Origin: Candidatus Stahliibacteriota bacterium
Lineage (GTDB): Bacteria; Hydrothermota; Tepidihabitantia; SM23-42
Length of the DNA stretch: 64,000 nt
NCBI GenBank assembly: GCA_030609135.1
Contig: JAUWCU010000003.1
Span: forward strand, 55-64,054
Reading direction: 5' to 3'
Shown here: positions 8,441 to 18,719 of the stretch, in pieces
Position numbering within the stretch: position 1 is the stretch's first letter
Layout: each line of letters starts with the position of its first letter
The notes under the pieces: generated by a model
Told to the model about the DNA's origin: nothing
Databases searched by the model: none
What the model saw: the letters and a program-made list of their open reading frames with translations, nothing else
Made by a program: the position numbers and the translations under genes

Positions 8441-10987
8441 AATTTTGGTTTTCAGGAAATCAATTGCTTCTGCGACCTTTTTTGGATCGCCACCGCCGCC
8501 TTCTGCCATATGGGGTCGACCACCACCCCCGCCGCCAAGGATTTTGCTGACATCTTTGATGAGCTTGTTAGCAGGGTATTTTTTTACTAATTCATCGCCG
8601 ACAAATATTAAGAAGTTAATTTTACCCTTTGTCTTCTCATAGAAAAAACCCGCTGCTTTTTTAGATTTTTCTCTTATTAAATCAGCTACCAGACGCATTC
8701 CCTGACCCCCATAATTTTTGAGTTCTTTTGCGACAAAATTGCTTTTTTCCTCCCACATTTTAGCAAGTAGAACCATTGCTTCACTGTGTGTGAGTTGAGC
8801 AAGGGCTTCCTGGAAAGATTTCTCTGTTTCCTTGAATTTCTGTAGCGAATCAGAAATCCAGCTAACCAAATCGACATTCTTCCCGCCGACCAAATTTGTG
8901 ATTTCCTTGAGAATAGTTTCGTTCTTACGCAATTCCTCAAATAGCCTCAAGCCGACAATTGCTTCTACCCTACGTATACCAGCAGCTGCAGCTTCCTGCG
9001 AGATAATTTTGAAGAGACCAATTTGACCGGTATTATCAAGGTGGATCCCTCCACAGAGTTCAATTGAGAAATCATTGATCTTAACCACCCTGACTTTATC
9101 ACCATATTTCTCGCCGAATATCGCCATTGCACCGAGTCGCTTTGCTTCATCCAATGTTGTATTGAATTTTTCAACGGGTATATTGTCCAGGACCTTTTCG
9201 TTTACTGTATTTTCAATGACATTGATTTCATCGTTGCTCAACGGCTTAAAGTGCGAAAAGTCAAAACGGAACCTTCCTGGTTCAACAAATGAACCTTCCT
9301 GGCGGGCATGTTCGCCAAGGGTTTTCCTGAGCGCAGCATGGAGTAGATGGGTTGCCGTATGCGCACGCGCGCTTTCTTTGCGTTTCCTTAAATCTACCTC
9401 AGCAACAACTTTGCCAGGTGTAAACTTACCTTGAGCAAGTTTGCAATGGCATACAATCATGCCCTGGTACCAGTAAGTATCCTGGACTATCAATTTATAG
9501 GTTTTTCCGACAATTTCACCTTGGTCGCCTACTTGACCTCCAGCCTCAGCGTAAAAAGGTGATTCTTTTAATACTATCTCAATGATCTTTTCATGCGCAT
9601 TGAATTTTATTATTTTGGTTTCAACGCTGACTTTATCGTAACCAACGAATGTGCCATTTTCATCGTTTAAGATAGTCCACTCACCCTTGGGAATGAATTT
9701 TGTTTCTGCTTTTGAGATCTCGCGGGCTTGTTCAAGCTTAGCCATGAAGCCTTTTTCATCAACACTAATACCTTTTTCCTTGGCTATTTCCTGAATTAAT
9801 TCAATGGGGAATCCGTATGTGTCATAGAGCTTGAAAGCTTCTTCTCCAGAAATGGAGTTGTGGGTTTTGCTTATTACTTCAAATTGCTGTAATCCTTTTT
9901 CCAACGTGGTTAGAAATCGTTCTTCTTCTGATTTTATAATAAGAGTAATTTCTTCTCTTCTTTCAACTAAATCAGCATATGCAGGTTTATACATATCTAT
10001 AACCCTCGGTACAAACCTGTAGAGAAAAGGGTTGTTTATAGCCAGATTTCGACACAATCGGACAGCCCTACGTAAAATCCTTCGTAGCACATACCCGCGT
10101 TCTTCATTTGAAGGGATAATACCATCACCTATTGCAAAGACTAATGCCCTGACGTGGTCTGCCATCACATTGATAGCTACATCAATTCTTCTATCTTCAC
10201 CATATTTCAAATTCTTGTGTTTAATAATATCCTCAATAATAGGATAAAACAGGTCGGTCTGAAAAACCGAGTCCTTATTTTGCAGGATCGCTGCAAGTCT
10301 TTCAAAACCCATGCCCGTATCCACCCCGCGGTTCTTTAGAGGTAATCTTTCGCCGGCTACGGTCTGGTTAAACTGGGGGAATACCAGATTCCAGATTTCC
10401 GGATACCGGTCGCAGTCGCAGCCCGGTACACAAGTTTTCTTACCGCAGGAATATTTCTCGCCAAGGTCAAAAAATATTTCTGAGCATGGTCCACATGGTC
10501 CAGAATTCCCCGCCGGTCCCCAGAAGTTATCCTCATCACCAAACCTGAAGATTCTTTCTTTTTTCAAACCAATCTTCTTATGCCAGATATCATATGCCTC
10601 ATCATCATCCTTATATACTGAGACAGACAATCTGGTCGGGTCGATTCCCAGTACCTCAAGCAGGTATTCCCATGCCCATAAAATAGCCTCTTCCTTAAAA
10701 TAGTCGCCAAATGAAAAATTGCCCAGCATTTCAAAGAACGTATGGTGGCGTCTGGTCTTTCCCACATTATCTAAATCCGATGTCCTGAAACATTTTTGCA
10801 CACTTGTTGCGCGTTTATACGGCAGGAGCACAGAGCCTGTCCACAAAGGTTTAAACTGCACACAGCCGGCACTTGTGAACAATAGACTCGGGTCATCTTT
10901 CGGAATCAATGACATTGAAGGAACAATAGTATGGTCCTTGTTTTTAAAGAATTCTAAGAAACTCGTGCGCAGTTCGTTACTATTCAT
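8435..10987 (-). CDS. alaS: alanine--tRNA ligase
   Basis: 850 aa with class II aaRS motifs and the AlaRS signature HTFFEMLGNFSFGDYFK, the editing-domain HxxxH...CGG motif and a C-terminal DHHA1-like GGGGG segment. Confidence 0.9.
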   Translation of the reverse strand: MNSNELRTSFLEFFKNKDHTIVPSMSLIPKDDPSLLFTSAGCVQFKPLWTGSVLLPYKRATSVQKCFRTSDLDNVGKTRRHHTFFEMLGNFSFGDYFKEEAILWAWEYLLEVLGIDPTRLSVSVYKDDDEAYDIWHKKIGLKKERIFRFGDEDNFWGPAGNSGPCGPCSEIFFDLGEKYSCGKKTCVPGCDCDRYPEIWNLVFPQFNQTVAGERLPLKNRGVDTGMGFERLAAILQNKDSVFQTDLFYPIIEDIIKHKNLKYGEDRRIDVAINVMADHVRALVFAIGDGIIPSNEERGYVLRRILRRAVRLCRNLAINNPFLYRFVPRVIDMYKPAYADLVERREEITLIIKSEEERFLTTLEKGLQQFEVISKTHNSISGEEAFKLYDTYGFPIELIQEIAKEKGISVDEKGFMAKLEQAREISKAETKFIPKGEWTILNDENGTFVGYDKVSVETKIIKFNAHEKIIEIVLKESPFYAEAGGQVGDQGEIVGKTYKLIVQDTYWYQGMIVCHCKLAQGKFTPGKVVAEVDLRKRKESARAHTATHLLHAALRKTLGEHARQEGSFVEPGRFRFDFSHFKPLSNDEINVIENTVNEKVLDNIPVEKFNTTLDEAKRLGAMAIFGEKYGDKVRVVKINDFSIELCGGIHLDNTGQIGLFKIISQEAAAAGIRRVEAIVGLRLFEELRKNETILKEITNLVGGKNVDLVSWISDSLQKFKETEKSFQEALAQLTHSEAMVLLAKMWEEKSNFVAKELKNYGGQGMRLVADLIREKSKKAAGFFYEKTKGKINFLIFVGDELVKKYPANKLIKDVSKILGGGGGGRPHMAEGGGGDPKKVAEAIDFLKTKIE

Positions 10988-10989
10988 AT

Positions 10990-11150
10990 ATCTATCCCCC
11001 TCTCTTTATCTCTCCCCCTTTGAAGGGGGAGAGAAAGGTGGGGGTTCGTTCGGAATTTACCGGACATTATTGTGATTCCTATGATTGAAAAATTGTCAAG
11101 CCCAGAAGGGCTTTCCCACAATATGTGGGAGCGGGCTGCCCGCGATTATC
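10990..11150. repeat. GC-rich hairpin element (family F: CTCCCCCTTTGAAGGGGGAG hairpin plus gcccagaagggctttcccaca / gggctgcccgcg module)
   Basis: A second, inverted copy lies at 25560-25760. The hairpins are related to those inserted in the phosphorylase gene at 23436-23579. Confidence 0.6.
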
Positions 11151-11748
11151 ATTCTTTAATAATTTCATATACAATGCTCGGGGTGAATCCTCGAGTCAGC
11201 AAGCGACGGACAAGTTTCTGGCGTTCTTTAGGATTTTTTATATCTAAATTGCCCGCTTTTTTTTCGATGTAATTTCTTATCAGTTCTCCCTCATCCCTTG
11301 TGTCAAGCAAATTCGTAATGATTTCTCTATCAACACCCCTTCTAGTCAGTTCGCTTAAGATGAAACGATTCCCCTTTGGCTTCAAGTTTGTATAGTCATT
11401 TACAAAAGCCCTGGCAAACCGTTTATCGTCAAGTGTTTTATCAGCGATCAATTCGTCAATCACTTCATCTGCGAGTGAATTGTCAAAACCAATACGCATC
11501 AGTCTATCCCTGAGTTCCTCAACTGATCTTTCACGATAGTGGAGTATTTTGAATGCTCGCTCCATGATTTTGGCTTTATCTGCATGGTGCACAATTTCAT
11601 CAATTTCCCGGTCGGTAATTTCAACACCTTCATACAAACCATACTGGAGAACTATTTCCTTTGGTAATCCAAATCTGAATTCACCGTCGATAAATATGGA
11701 ACAACGTTTCCTATTTTTTTTCTGAGGTTCGATCTTGCTTATCTTCAT
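11149..11748 (-). CDS. recX: recombination regulator RecX
   Basis: 199 aa located immediately downstream of recA, with a RecX-like three-helical-repeat composition. Confidence 0.7.
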   Translation of the reverse strand: MKISKIEPQKKNRKRCSIFIDGEFRFGLPKEIVLQYGLYEGVEITDREIDEIVHHADKAKIMERAFKILHYRERSVEELRDRLMRIGFDNSLADEVIDELIADKTLDDKRFARAFVNDYTNLKPKGNRFILSELTRRGVDREIITNLLDTRDEGELIRNYIEKKAGNLDIKNPKERQKLVRRLLTRGFTPSIVYEIIKE

Positions 11749-12754
11749 GCTTGGATCTCTGTGCAGGGTTCATCTCTTCGCGTATTTTCTGTTCGATTTT
11801 CTGGGCGATGTCGCTGTCTGTTTTTAATAACTCGATAACTGCATCACGTCCTTGGCCGATTCGTTCATCGCCGTAAGAATACCAGGAACCTGCTTTCTGG
11901 ATAATTTTCAGATCCACGCCGATATCGACTAATTCTCCATATTTGGATATTCCTTCTCCGTAAATAATATCGAACTCCACTTTCTTAAAAGGTGGTGCGA
12001 GTTTGTTCTTTACCACTCGAACCCTTGTTCTTGAACCGATCATTGTATCGCCTTTCTTTATCGTGGCGATCCGTCTAATATCACATCGGACTGACGAATG
12101 AAACTTTAAAGCCATGCCTCCAGGTGTTGTTTCGGGTGAACCATATATAACCCCGATTTTGTAGCGTATTTGGTTAATGAAAACTGCGCAGGTATTTGAT
12201 TTGCTGATGACGCCAGTCAGTTTTCTCAGTGCTTGAGACATGAGACGGGCAATCAAGCCGACTTGTAGTTCACCCATTTCTCCGGCAATCTCCGCCTTCG
12301 GTACTAAGGCGGCAACTGAATCAAGCACGACAATATCAACACCGCCAGAACGGGTTAGGATTTCGGTAATTTCTAAAGCCTGTTCAGCAGTATCTGGTTG
12401 GGAAATGAGCAGGTCAGTTAGATTGATCCCAAGATTTTGAGCATAAGTTGGGTCAAAAGCGTGTTCGACATCAATGAAGATCGCGGTGCCACCAGCTTTT
12501 TGAGCTTGAGCAATAGCCTCTAAGGCAAGCGTGGTCTTACCACCTGCTTCTGGGCCAAATATCTCTACAACCCGACCACGTGGGAATCCACCAACACCCA
12601 GGGCAAAATCAAGACCGATTGAGCCAGTTGGAATCACTTCGACATCTACTCTTGCTCCTTTGTCGCCAAGGCGCATAATGGATCCTTTACCGAATTGTTT
12701 TTCAATTTGACTGATTGCTACATTCAAGACTTTTTGTTTATCGTCTTTTGCCAT
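11711..12754 (-). CDS. recA: recombinase RecA
   Basis: 347 aa containing the Walker A motif GPEAGGKTT and the conserved RecA core ([22 protein letters not shown]...). Confidence 0.92.
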   Translation of the reverse strand: MAKDDKQKVLNVAISQIEKQFGKGSIMRLGDKGARVDVEVIPTGSIGLDFALGVGGFPRGRVVEIFGPEAGGKTTLALEAIAQAQKAGGTAIFIDVEHAFDPTYAQNLGINLTDLLISQPDTAEQALEITEILTRSGGVDIVVLDSVAALVPKAEIAGEMGELQVGLIARLMSQALRKLTGVISKSNTCAVFINQIRYKIGVIYGSPETTPGGMALKFHSSVRCDIRRIATIKKGDTMIGSRTRVRVVKNKLAPPFKKVEFDIIYGEGISKYGELVDIGVDLKIIQKAGSWYSYGDERIGQGRDAVIELLKTDSDIAQKIEQKIREEMNPAQRSKHEDKQDRTSEKK

Positions 12755-12794
12755 ATTCCTCCTTGCCTATATCATAATTAAAATCGTCACCAAG

Positions 12795-13454
12795 TCAAGG
12801 GGAAGTAGGGTTATGATGTTTTATTACTTTTCCCTCCACTGCAAATATTACCTCTTCACAAATATTTGTGGATAAATCAGCAATACGTTCTAAATTTTTT
12901 GTAATATTAAGTAAATGGAAAGAACGTTCAATAGTGGTTGCGTCTGAAATCATATAAGTGATTAGTTCTCTTAAAATCTGATCTCGCAAGGCATCTACAA
13001 CACTATCTCTTTCACAAATACCCTTAGCCAATCCGGGGTTTTCATTTATAAAAGAATTTATACTGTCATTTAACATTTTAATTACTTCCTCTGCCATCCT
13101 TGGTATATCTATTAAGGGTTTAACCAAAGGTGTTTCTATTAAATACAATGCGCTCTGCGAAATATTTACTGCATGATCTGCAATTCTCTCCAGGTCATTA
13201 TTCATTTTTAATATCATTAATATTGTCCTTAGATCTATTGCTCTGGGTTGAAACTTAACAATGAGTGTTATACATATTTCATCTAATTCTATTTCAAAAT
13301 CGTTTGCATTAGGTTCATCTTTTTCTATTATGCCAGTGAGTAATTCCACGTTTTTTTCTACTAATCCTTTAATACTTTTCTCGACCATACTCACAACAAG
13401 ACAAGTGTAATCGACAAGCCTCTTTTTAAGCTCGTTTATTTTTTCCTCTAACAA
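12795..13454 (-). CDS. phoU: phosphate signalling complex protein PhoU
   Basis: 219 aa with a duplicated PhoU helical domain and the ERIADHA / ERIADLS motifs, immediately downstream of pstB. Confidence 0.8.
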   Translation of the reverse strand: MLEEKINELKKRLVDYTCLVVSMVEKSIKGLVEKNVELLTGIIEKDEPNANDFEIELDEICITLIVKFQPRAIDLRTILMILKMNNDLERIADHAVNISQSALYLIETPLVKPLIDIPRMAEEVIKMLNDSINSFINENPGLAKGICERDSVVDALRDQILRELITYMISDATTIERSFHLLNITKNLERIADLSTNICEEVIFAVEGKVIKHHNPTSP

Positions 13455-13465
13455 TCAATACCTCC

Positions 13466-14296
13466 TTATCCAAAACGTCCGGTTATATAATTTTCTGTTA
13501 GCTTTTCTTTTGGGGCAGTAAAAAGCTTTGTTGTTTCGCCAAACTCGACCAACTTACCCAGGTAGAGAAACCCCGTGTAATCTGAAATTCTTGCTGCCTG
13601 CTGCAAGTTATGAGTGACAATAATAATTGTATATCTTTGTTTAAGGTTAATCATTAAATCTTCTATTTTTGCTGTGGAGATAGGATCCAGGGCAGAACAC
13701 GGTTCATCAAACAGGATGACTTCAGGCTCAATTGCTAAAGCGCGGGCAATACAGAGTCTTTGTTGCTGTCCACCGGAAAGAGAAAATGCTGAATCATGTA
13801 AACGGTTTTTCACCTCATCCCATAAAGCAGCTGATTTTATAGCAGAAACAACTCTTTTTTCAATTTCTCTTTTATTTTTTATACCGTGTAGTCTTAACCC
13901 AAATGCGAGATTTTCAATGATTGATTTGGGAAATGGATTCGGTTTTTGAAAAACCATCCCAACTTTCTTTCTAAGTTCATACGGTTCATAATTGGGATCA
14001 TAAATATTAATATCATCCAAAATAATTTTACCTGTTATTCGTGCTGAAGGTATAATGTCATTCATCCTGTTTAAGCAGCGAATAAAGGTAGATTTACCAC
14101 AACCAGAGGGTCCGATGATTGCGGTAATACTATTACATTTTATATTAAATGTAACATCTTTTAAAACATGATTTTTACCGAAAGAGACATTTAATTTTTC
14201 AATTTTAAGACGCGTGTTATTTTTATCGCATTTAGACGTAGTGTCTAATAACGCAGGTATTATTTTTGGAGGATTGATATTTGCTACTTTTACCAT
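13466..14296 (-). CDS. pstB: phosphate ABC transporter ATP-binding protein PstB
   Basis: Walker [10 protein letters not shown], signature LSGGQQQRL and Walker B ILFDEP, in pst operon context. Confidence 0.88.
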   Translation of the reverse strand: MVKVANINPPKIIPALLDTTSKCDKNNTRLKIEKLNVSFGKNHVLKDVTFNIKCNSITAIIGPSGCGKSTFIRCLNRMNDIIPSARITGKIILDDINIYDPNYEPYELRKKVGMVFQKPNPFPKSIIENLAFGLRLHGIKNKREIEKRVVSAIKSAALWDEVKNRLHDSAFSLSGGQQQRLCIARALAIEPEVILFDEPCSALDPISTAKIEDLMINLKQRYTIIIVTHNLQQAARISDYTGFLYLGKLVEFGETTKLFTAPKEKLTENYITGRFG

Positions 14297-15207
14297 AATT
14301 TTTTCTTCCTTGCTCTTGTTCTTATTATGATTGCAATAAGATCCAGTCCTAAGACTAAAAGGAGAAGGACTAAAGCACTACCATAGGCAATTGGAATCTG
14401 TTCCTTAGGATGTGTACCTTCTGTCACTAATGCATAAATATGGTATGGAAGTGCTTGAACTTCAGAAAGAATCGATTTGGGCAGTTTCCTGGAAAAGAAG
14501 GTTACTGCAGTAAAAAGTATTGGTGCGGTCTCTCCTGCTGCCCTGCCTATCCCTAATATTGTTCCTGTGAGAATGCCCGGAAGTGCCGCTGGTAAGATAA
14601 TACCTCTAACCATTTGCCATTTTGTAGCACCAACACCATAACCTGCTTCACGAAATGAATCGGGTATAGATTTTAACGCTTCTACTGTTGTGCTAATAAT
14701 GACCGGCAGAATCATAATTGCCAGGGTCAGTGAACCGGATAAAAGGGATACTCCAAATCCGAAAAACTTAACAAATATTGCCAAACCAAAAAGACCGAAT
14801 ACAATAGAAGGTACACCCGCAAGATTGTTTATACCCATTTTTATTATTCTCACCAATGTGTTGGCACCGGTATATTCATTTAAATATATCGCCGTAAGAA
14901 TACCAAGCGGCAGGGCGAAAATAACAGCTCCTAATGATAAGTAGAATGTGCCGAGGATTGCCGGTAATATGCCTCCTTTTGTCATTGCCTGTCTAGGCAT
15001 GGCTGTTAAAAATTCGATATTTAAAACGCCTGCGCCGCGTACGGCTATAAAAATCACAATTATGAAAAGGAAAAATATAGTTACGATGAGTGAAAGAAAT
15101 AGTATAGAAATACCAATTTTTTGAACTAATCTCCGGTGATTTGCATACGATTTTATATTTAAGGGTGTATTCAACGCCGGTGAAATTTCCATTGCCCGAT
15201 TCTCCAT
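14290..15207 (-). CDS. pstA: phosphate ABC transporter permease PstA
   Basis: 305-aa permease carrying the EAA-like motif ([14 protein letters not shown]) and sitting in the pst operon. Confidence 0.8.
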   Translation of the reverse strand: MENRAMEISPALNTPLNIKSYANHRRLVQKIGISILFLSLIVTIFFLFIIVIFIAVRGAGVLNIEFLTAMPRQAMTKGGILPAILGTFYLSLGAVIFALPLGILTAIYLNEYTGANTLVRIIKMGINNLAGVPSIVFGLFGLAIFVKFFGFGVSLLSGSLTLAIMILPVIISTTVEALKSIPDSFREAGYGVGATKWQMVRGIILPAALPGILTGTILGIGRAAGETAPILFTAVTFFSRKLPKSILSEVQALPYHIYALVTEGTHPKEQIPIAYGSALVLLLLVLGLDLIAIIIRTRARKKKLW

Positions 15208-15209
15208 GG

Positions 15210-16097
15210 CTATCTGGTTGCTGTAAATTTTTTATGGAATTGATAAGAGATTCGGTCGGCAATGAAATTGAAACATAAGGTCATTATGAATAATACAATA
15301 GCAATACCAAAGAGGGCATAATAATGCTCACTGCCCATTACAGTCTCTGCCATTTCAGAAGCAATTGTTGAAGTCATTGCCCGCACTGGTTTTAAAAACG
15401 AGAAGACTATTCTTGCAGAACCACCGGCAACCATCAAAATAGCCATTGTCTCTCCAATTGCCCGGCCAATCCCTAAGATTAAAGCCGTAGAAATACCTGA
15501 AGCTGCGGCCGGCAACGTAATCTTAGTCATTGTCTCCCATTTGGTAGCTCCAACAGCAAAAGCCGCTTCTTTATATTCCTTTGGGATTGAAGAAAGGGCA
15601 TCTTCAACAATACTGGTCACTGTAGGTAAAACCATTATCCCCAGAATAATCGCTGCAGAAAATGCAGTAAGCCCAATAGGTAAATTGAATAGCTTCTGAA
15701 CAATTGGGGCTATTAACAACACACCGAAAAGTCCATAGATAACTGAAGGGATACACGCAAGGAGTTCAACAATCGGCTTCATTATTTCCTTGAGCCAAAA
15801 AGGAGCAACTTCAGCTATATATAAGGCACTGAGGATACCAAGAGGTGCAGCAAAAATTAATGCGCCGAGCGTGATGATAAGTGAACCGTAGATCATGGGA
15901 AGGATTCCAAATTCAGCATATTCGTGTGTTGGATACCAATGTGTGCCAAATAAAAATTCTCCAATACCTACATACTTTAATATGGGTAGCCCCTGAGTAA
16001 ATAGAACGATAACAATACCGCCAAGAAAGAGAAGCGAACTCAAGGCGCAGAATAGTAGTATTGATTTGATTATTAATTCTTTTAGTTTTCTACTCAT
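15210..16097 (-). CDS. pstC: phosphate ABC transporter permease PstC
   Basis: 295-aa permease with an EAAFAVGATKWE motif, located upstream of pstA. Confidence 0.8.
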   Translation of the reverse strand: MSRKLKELIIKSILLFCALSSLLFLGGIVIVLFTQGLPILKYVGIGEFLFGTHWYPTHEYAEFGILPMIYGSLIITLGALIFAAPLGILSALYIAEVAPFWLKEIMKPIVELLACIPSVIYGLFGVLLIAPIVQKLFNLPIGLTAFSAAIILGIMVLPTVTSIVEDALSSIPKEYKEAAFAVGATKWETMTKITLPAAASGISTALILGIGRAIGETMAILMVAGGSARIVFSFLKPVRAMTSTIASEMAETVMGSEHYYALFGIAIVLFIMTLCFNFIADRISYQFHKKFTATR

Positions 16098-16148
16098 GTT
16101 CAGTCAATCTTCTTCCTTTTAATTAAGTAACAGTTTAGTTTTTCAAAA

Positions 16149-16181
16149 CCTGTCCTGGTCCTGAATTAAGTTCAGGACAGG
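16149..16181 (-). terminator. intra-operon hairpin between pstS and pstC (possible attenuator), followed by a TGTAGTGG-type REP unit
   Basis: CCTGTCCTG-N15-CAGGACAGG is a perfect 9-bp stem. On the coding (minus) strand it is followed by TTTTGAAAAA. A TGTAGTGGTCGGATTCATCCGAC REP unit lies adjacent at about 16188-16215. Confidence 0.35.
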
Positions 16182-16445
16182 TCAAGATTGTAGTGGTCGG
16201 ATTCATCCGACATTAATAAAAATGTGCAATAAATTGCACCGCTACAATTATTAATTGTACAACCATCTGAATATTGACATCTGTACTTTTTAATTTGTTC
16301 AAAGATAAACCCCGTAGGACATTTGCTGTCCAACGGGGTAAAGCCTTCTCCACGGTTCAAATTAGATACAAAAGCTTTTTGCTTTAGCAATAGCTGTTCT
16401 ATTTTATACATATCACCGCGGAGAAGACTTTACCATTATCTCTAT

Positions 16446-17240
16446 TTATTTAACTGGCACAAAACCAGCTTCTTGAACGATTTTCTGTCCTTGTTCTGAC
16501 ATGATAAAATCGATAAAATCCTTGGCTAAACCATCTGGTGAACCATTCGTATACATGAAAAGTGGACGGGCAAGTGGATAAGTTTCATTCCTTACAGTCT
16601 CTTCTGAAGGTGTTATACCATCAACCTTTAATGCCTTGACCTCGTCACTCAAATAACCAAGTCCAACATAACCAATTGCACCAGGTGTTTGGGCAACAAT
16701 TCTGGCAACCTCAAGATTTGATATAAGCATAAGTGCACCATCAGTCACTTTTGCTTTATTTAATGCCAGTTTGTTAAAGGTCTCAAATGTTCCTGATGCT
16801 GCATCTCGCGAAATCACGACAATTGTCCCAGAACCTCTGCCAATTTTATCCCAACGGGTAACTTCACCAGTGTAGATTTTTTTCAGATCCTCTTTTGATA
16901 TCTCATTTAAGGGATTATCAGGATGAACAATAACCGCAATGCCATCACGGGCAATGATATTGGCAACAGGATTCACGCCTTTTTCTCTTGCTTTTTTGAT
17001 TTCTTTTGTCTTCATGGGTCTTGAGGCATCTGCAATATCTGTTGCTCCATCAATAAGTGCTGCAATTCCTGTTCCTGAACCTCCCCCACGGATTGTAATG
17101 TCCGCTTCAGGGTTATTATCCATATAAACCTCTGCAGCATACTGTGCTATTGGAAGCACAGTTGTTGAACCCTGGATTGTCAGTTTCTGGGCAAAAAGCC
17201 CAACTGATAATACCAAAGCAAGAAAAGATAGTTTTTTCAT
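16446..17240 (-). CDS. pstS: phosphate ABC transporter substrate-binding protein PstS
   Basis: Starts at the internal Met (MKKLSFLALVLSVGLFA, preceded by AAGGAG). Has a PBP-type fold with the SGTG phosphate-binding loop motifs. The longer track ORF adds an unlikely 27-aa extension. Confidence 0.8.
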   Translation of the reverse strand: MKKLSFLALVLSVGLFAQKLTIQGSTTVLPIAQYAAEVYMDNNPEADITIRGGGSGTGIAALIDGATDIADASRPMKTKEIKKAREKGVNPVANIIARDGIAVIVHPDNPLNEISKEDLKKIYTGEVTRWDKIGRGSGTIVVISRDAASGTFETFNKLALNKAKVTDGALMLISNLEVARIVAQTPGAIGYVGLGYLSDEVKALKVDGITPSEETVRNETYPLARPLFMYTNGSPDGLAKDFIDFIMSEQGQKIVQEAGFVPVK

Positions 17241-17388
17241 TATTTCTCCTTTTGAATCTTTATTAAAATAAAGATTCAATGATTGCAATGTTTTTTTTAG
17301 ATTACAATGACAATTTTTCATTTTTATATTAATCGTTGTAATCGTTTAATGATCGCTGTAATCAAAAATATGTTTTGAAAACATATTT
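17241..17388 (-). promoter_or_regulatory. candidate Pho-box-like region upstream of pstS (direct repeats of GATTACA(A/G)CGAT / TTGTAATC)
   Basis: Minus-strand reading shows GATTACAGCGATCATTAAACGATTACAACGATTAAT plus further CATTGTAATC / CATTGCAATC copies, i.e. 7-bp direct repeats at about 11-bp phasing. The sequence of a Pho box in this lineage is unknown. Confidence 0.3.
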
Positions 17389-18363
17389 TCAATATGAATA
17401 CTTAAACTGGATCATTGCCTTATCCGAAGAATCGCTGTCGTCCTCATACGTCTTTATCTGATAATTAACCTGGGTTAAAAGAGTATTAGAGATTTTATAA
17501 TTAAAACCTCCAATAATCCTATTATGTGCATCATCATCAGTATCAACATCTTTGTCAAAGTAATCATACCTGCCAAGAATACTGAAATTTTTATTAATGG
17601 CAATTTCTCCAAGCCCTGTATAACCCATTCCTTTTATTTCGTCGTCTTCTGTTCCAAGATATTCTGCGATCAGTGTTACTGGTCCGTATTTCAATTGCAA
17701 GAGTCCTGCATATCTGTTTTGATCGACCTGTGTTACTATTGTATCACCCGCTGGCTGATCTGCATACCAGTAAGAACCTTTGAACATAACTCCTGGTATA
17801 GGGATCATTGCCAAATTTGCGCATAGAGCTTTATTCGTATTATTTTCTGTATAAGAATAACCATTTCCATTAAAGACCTGAACAGCAAATTCACCATATC
17901 CACCTGGCAATAGTCCATAAAAACCAACACCTAAATCCGCACTGTTTGTCTTCTTTTCAACCTCTTCTAAATTCTTCTCGATTACTGGATATTTCCAGAT
18001 ATCCATCATTCCAAAATAGACCTTTTGCAAACCAATAATTAGTTTTGCATCAGGTATGTATTCACCTATATAGGGAAGTTTCCAGTCTGCCTGGGCATAC
18101 TTTAATCTGACACGCCAGTCTGATTTATTTGTCGCACTACTTTTCTGAGCAATGTCTATGGTTCCTTTAAAAGAAACCGGTTTGGTCTTTGTTTTCCAGC
18201 GGATATAGCCTCTTTTGATTGCGAATTCGTGTTCATTCTCATCAACCTCGGGTGTGGTAGGATTTTCATAAGTATACCGACACCAGAAATAGCCGTATAT
18301 TGGTGCATCTGCATAACTAAAAACAGCGCACCCTAATAATAGAACCAACAAAAGCTGTTTCAT
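17389..18363 (-). CDS. phosphate-selective porin O/P-like outer-membrane porin
   Basis: 324 aa with a signal peptide, an acidic/aromatic beta-barrel composition and a C-terminal F/Y. It sits between phoR and pstS in the Pho cluster. Confidence 0.55.
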   Translation of the reverse strand: MKQLLLVLLLGCAVFSYADAPIYGYFWCRYTYENPTTPEVDENEHEFAIKRGYIRWKTKTKPVSFKGTIDIAQKSSATNKSDWRVRLKYAQADWKLPYIGEYIPDAKLIIGLQKVYFGMMDIWKYPVIEKNLEEVEKKTNSADLGVGFYGLLPGGYGEFAVQVFNGNGYSYTENNTNKALCANLAMIPIPGVMFKGSYWYADQPAGDTIVTQVDQNRYAGLLQLKYGPVTLIAEYLGTEDDEIKGMGYTGLGEIAINKNFSILGRYDYFDKDVDTDDDAHNRIIGGFNYKISNTLLTQVNYQIKTYEDDSDSSDKAMIQFKYSY

Positions 18364-18719
18364 TAAGCCTCCTTTCTTATAATATAATAATACTATATGG
18401 TTAATGTATGATTAAGAAATTGTTAAAATATGGTTAACCCCGTTAGAAATTCAAACGGCAAATTTATGATCTATCTATAAATATTTGTGTTTTTTAAATC
18501 ATTCAGGTTGTTTAAAAAGTCATTTTTCACTGGAGTAGAGCATTTATGCTCGCCCCGTTAAATAAAGGTATAGCAAAATGTTTTTGGTATAGTGAAATTA
18601 GTATTTAAACGGGGCTCGTGAAAAACGATGAAATTTCATTGCTTTTAACGGGGCTAAAGCCCCTACTCCACTAAATCAACAGCCTGATTAAATCATTTTT
18701 CTCGCAGTTATTGGGATTT
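18364..18719. promoter_or_regulatory. intergenic region upstream of the porin gene carrying five copies of a (A/G)CCCCGTTA(A/G)A decamer in both orientations, forming long-range inverted repeats
   Basis: Copies at about 18434, 18553, 18612 (rc), 18647 (rc) and 18706 (rc). TGGAGTAG...CTACTCCA outer arms flank the region. Two related copies occur at 25768-25790. Confidence 0.3.

Noticed and set aside
16172-16411. 79-aa Cys-rich minus-strand ORF between pstC and pstS
   Set aside because: It lies over a perfect hairpin and a TGTAGTGG REP unit in an intra-operon spacer, and no RBS or promoter is evident. It is most likely non-coding.
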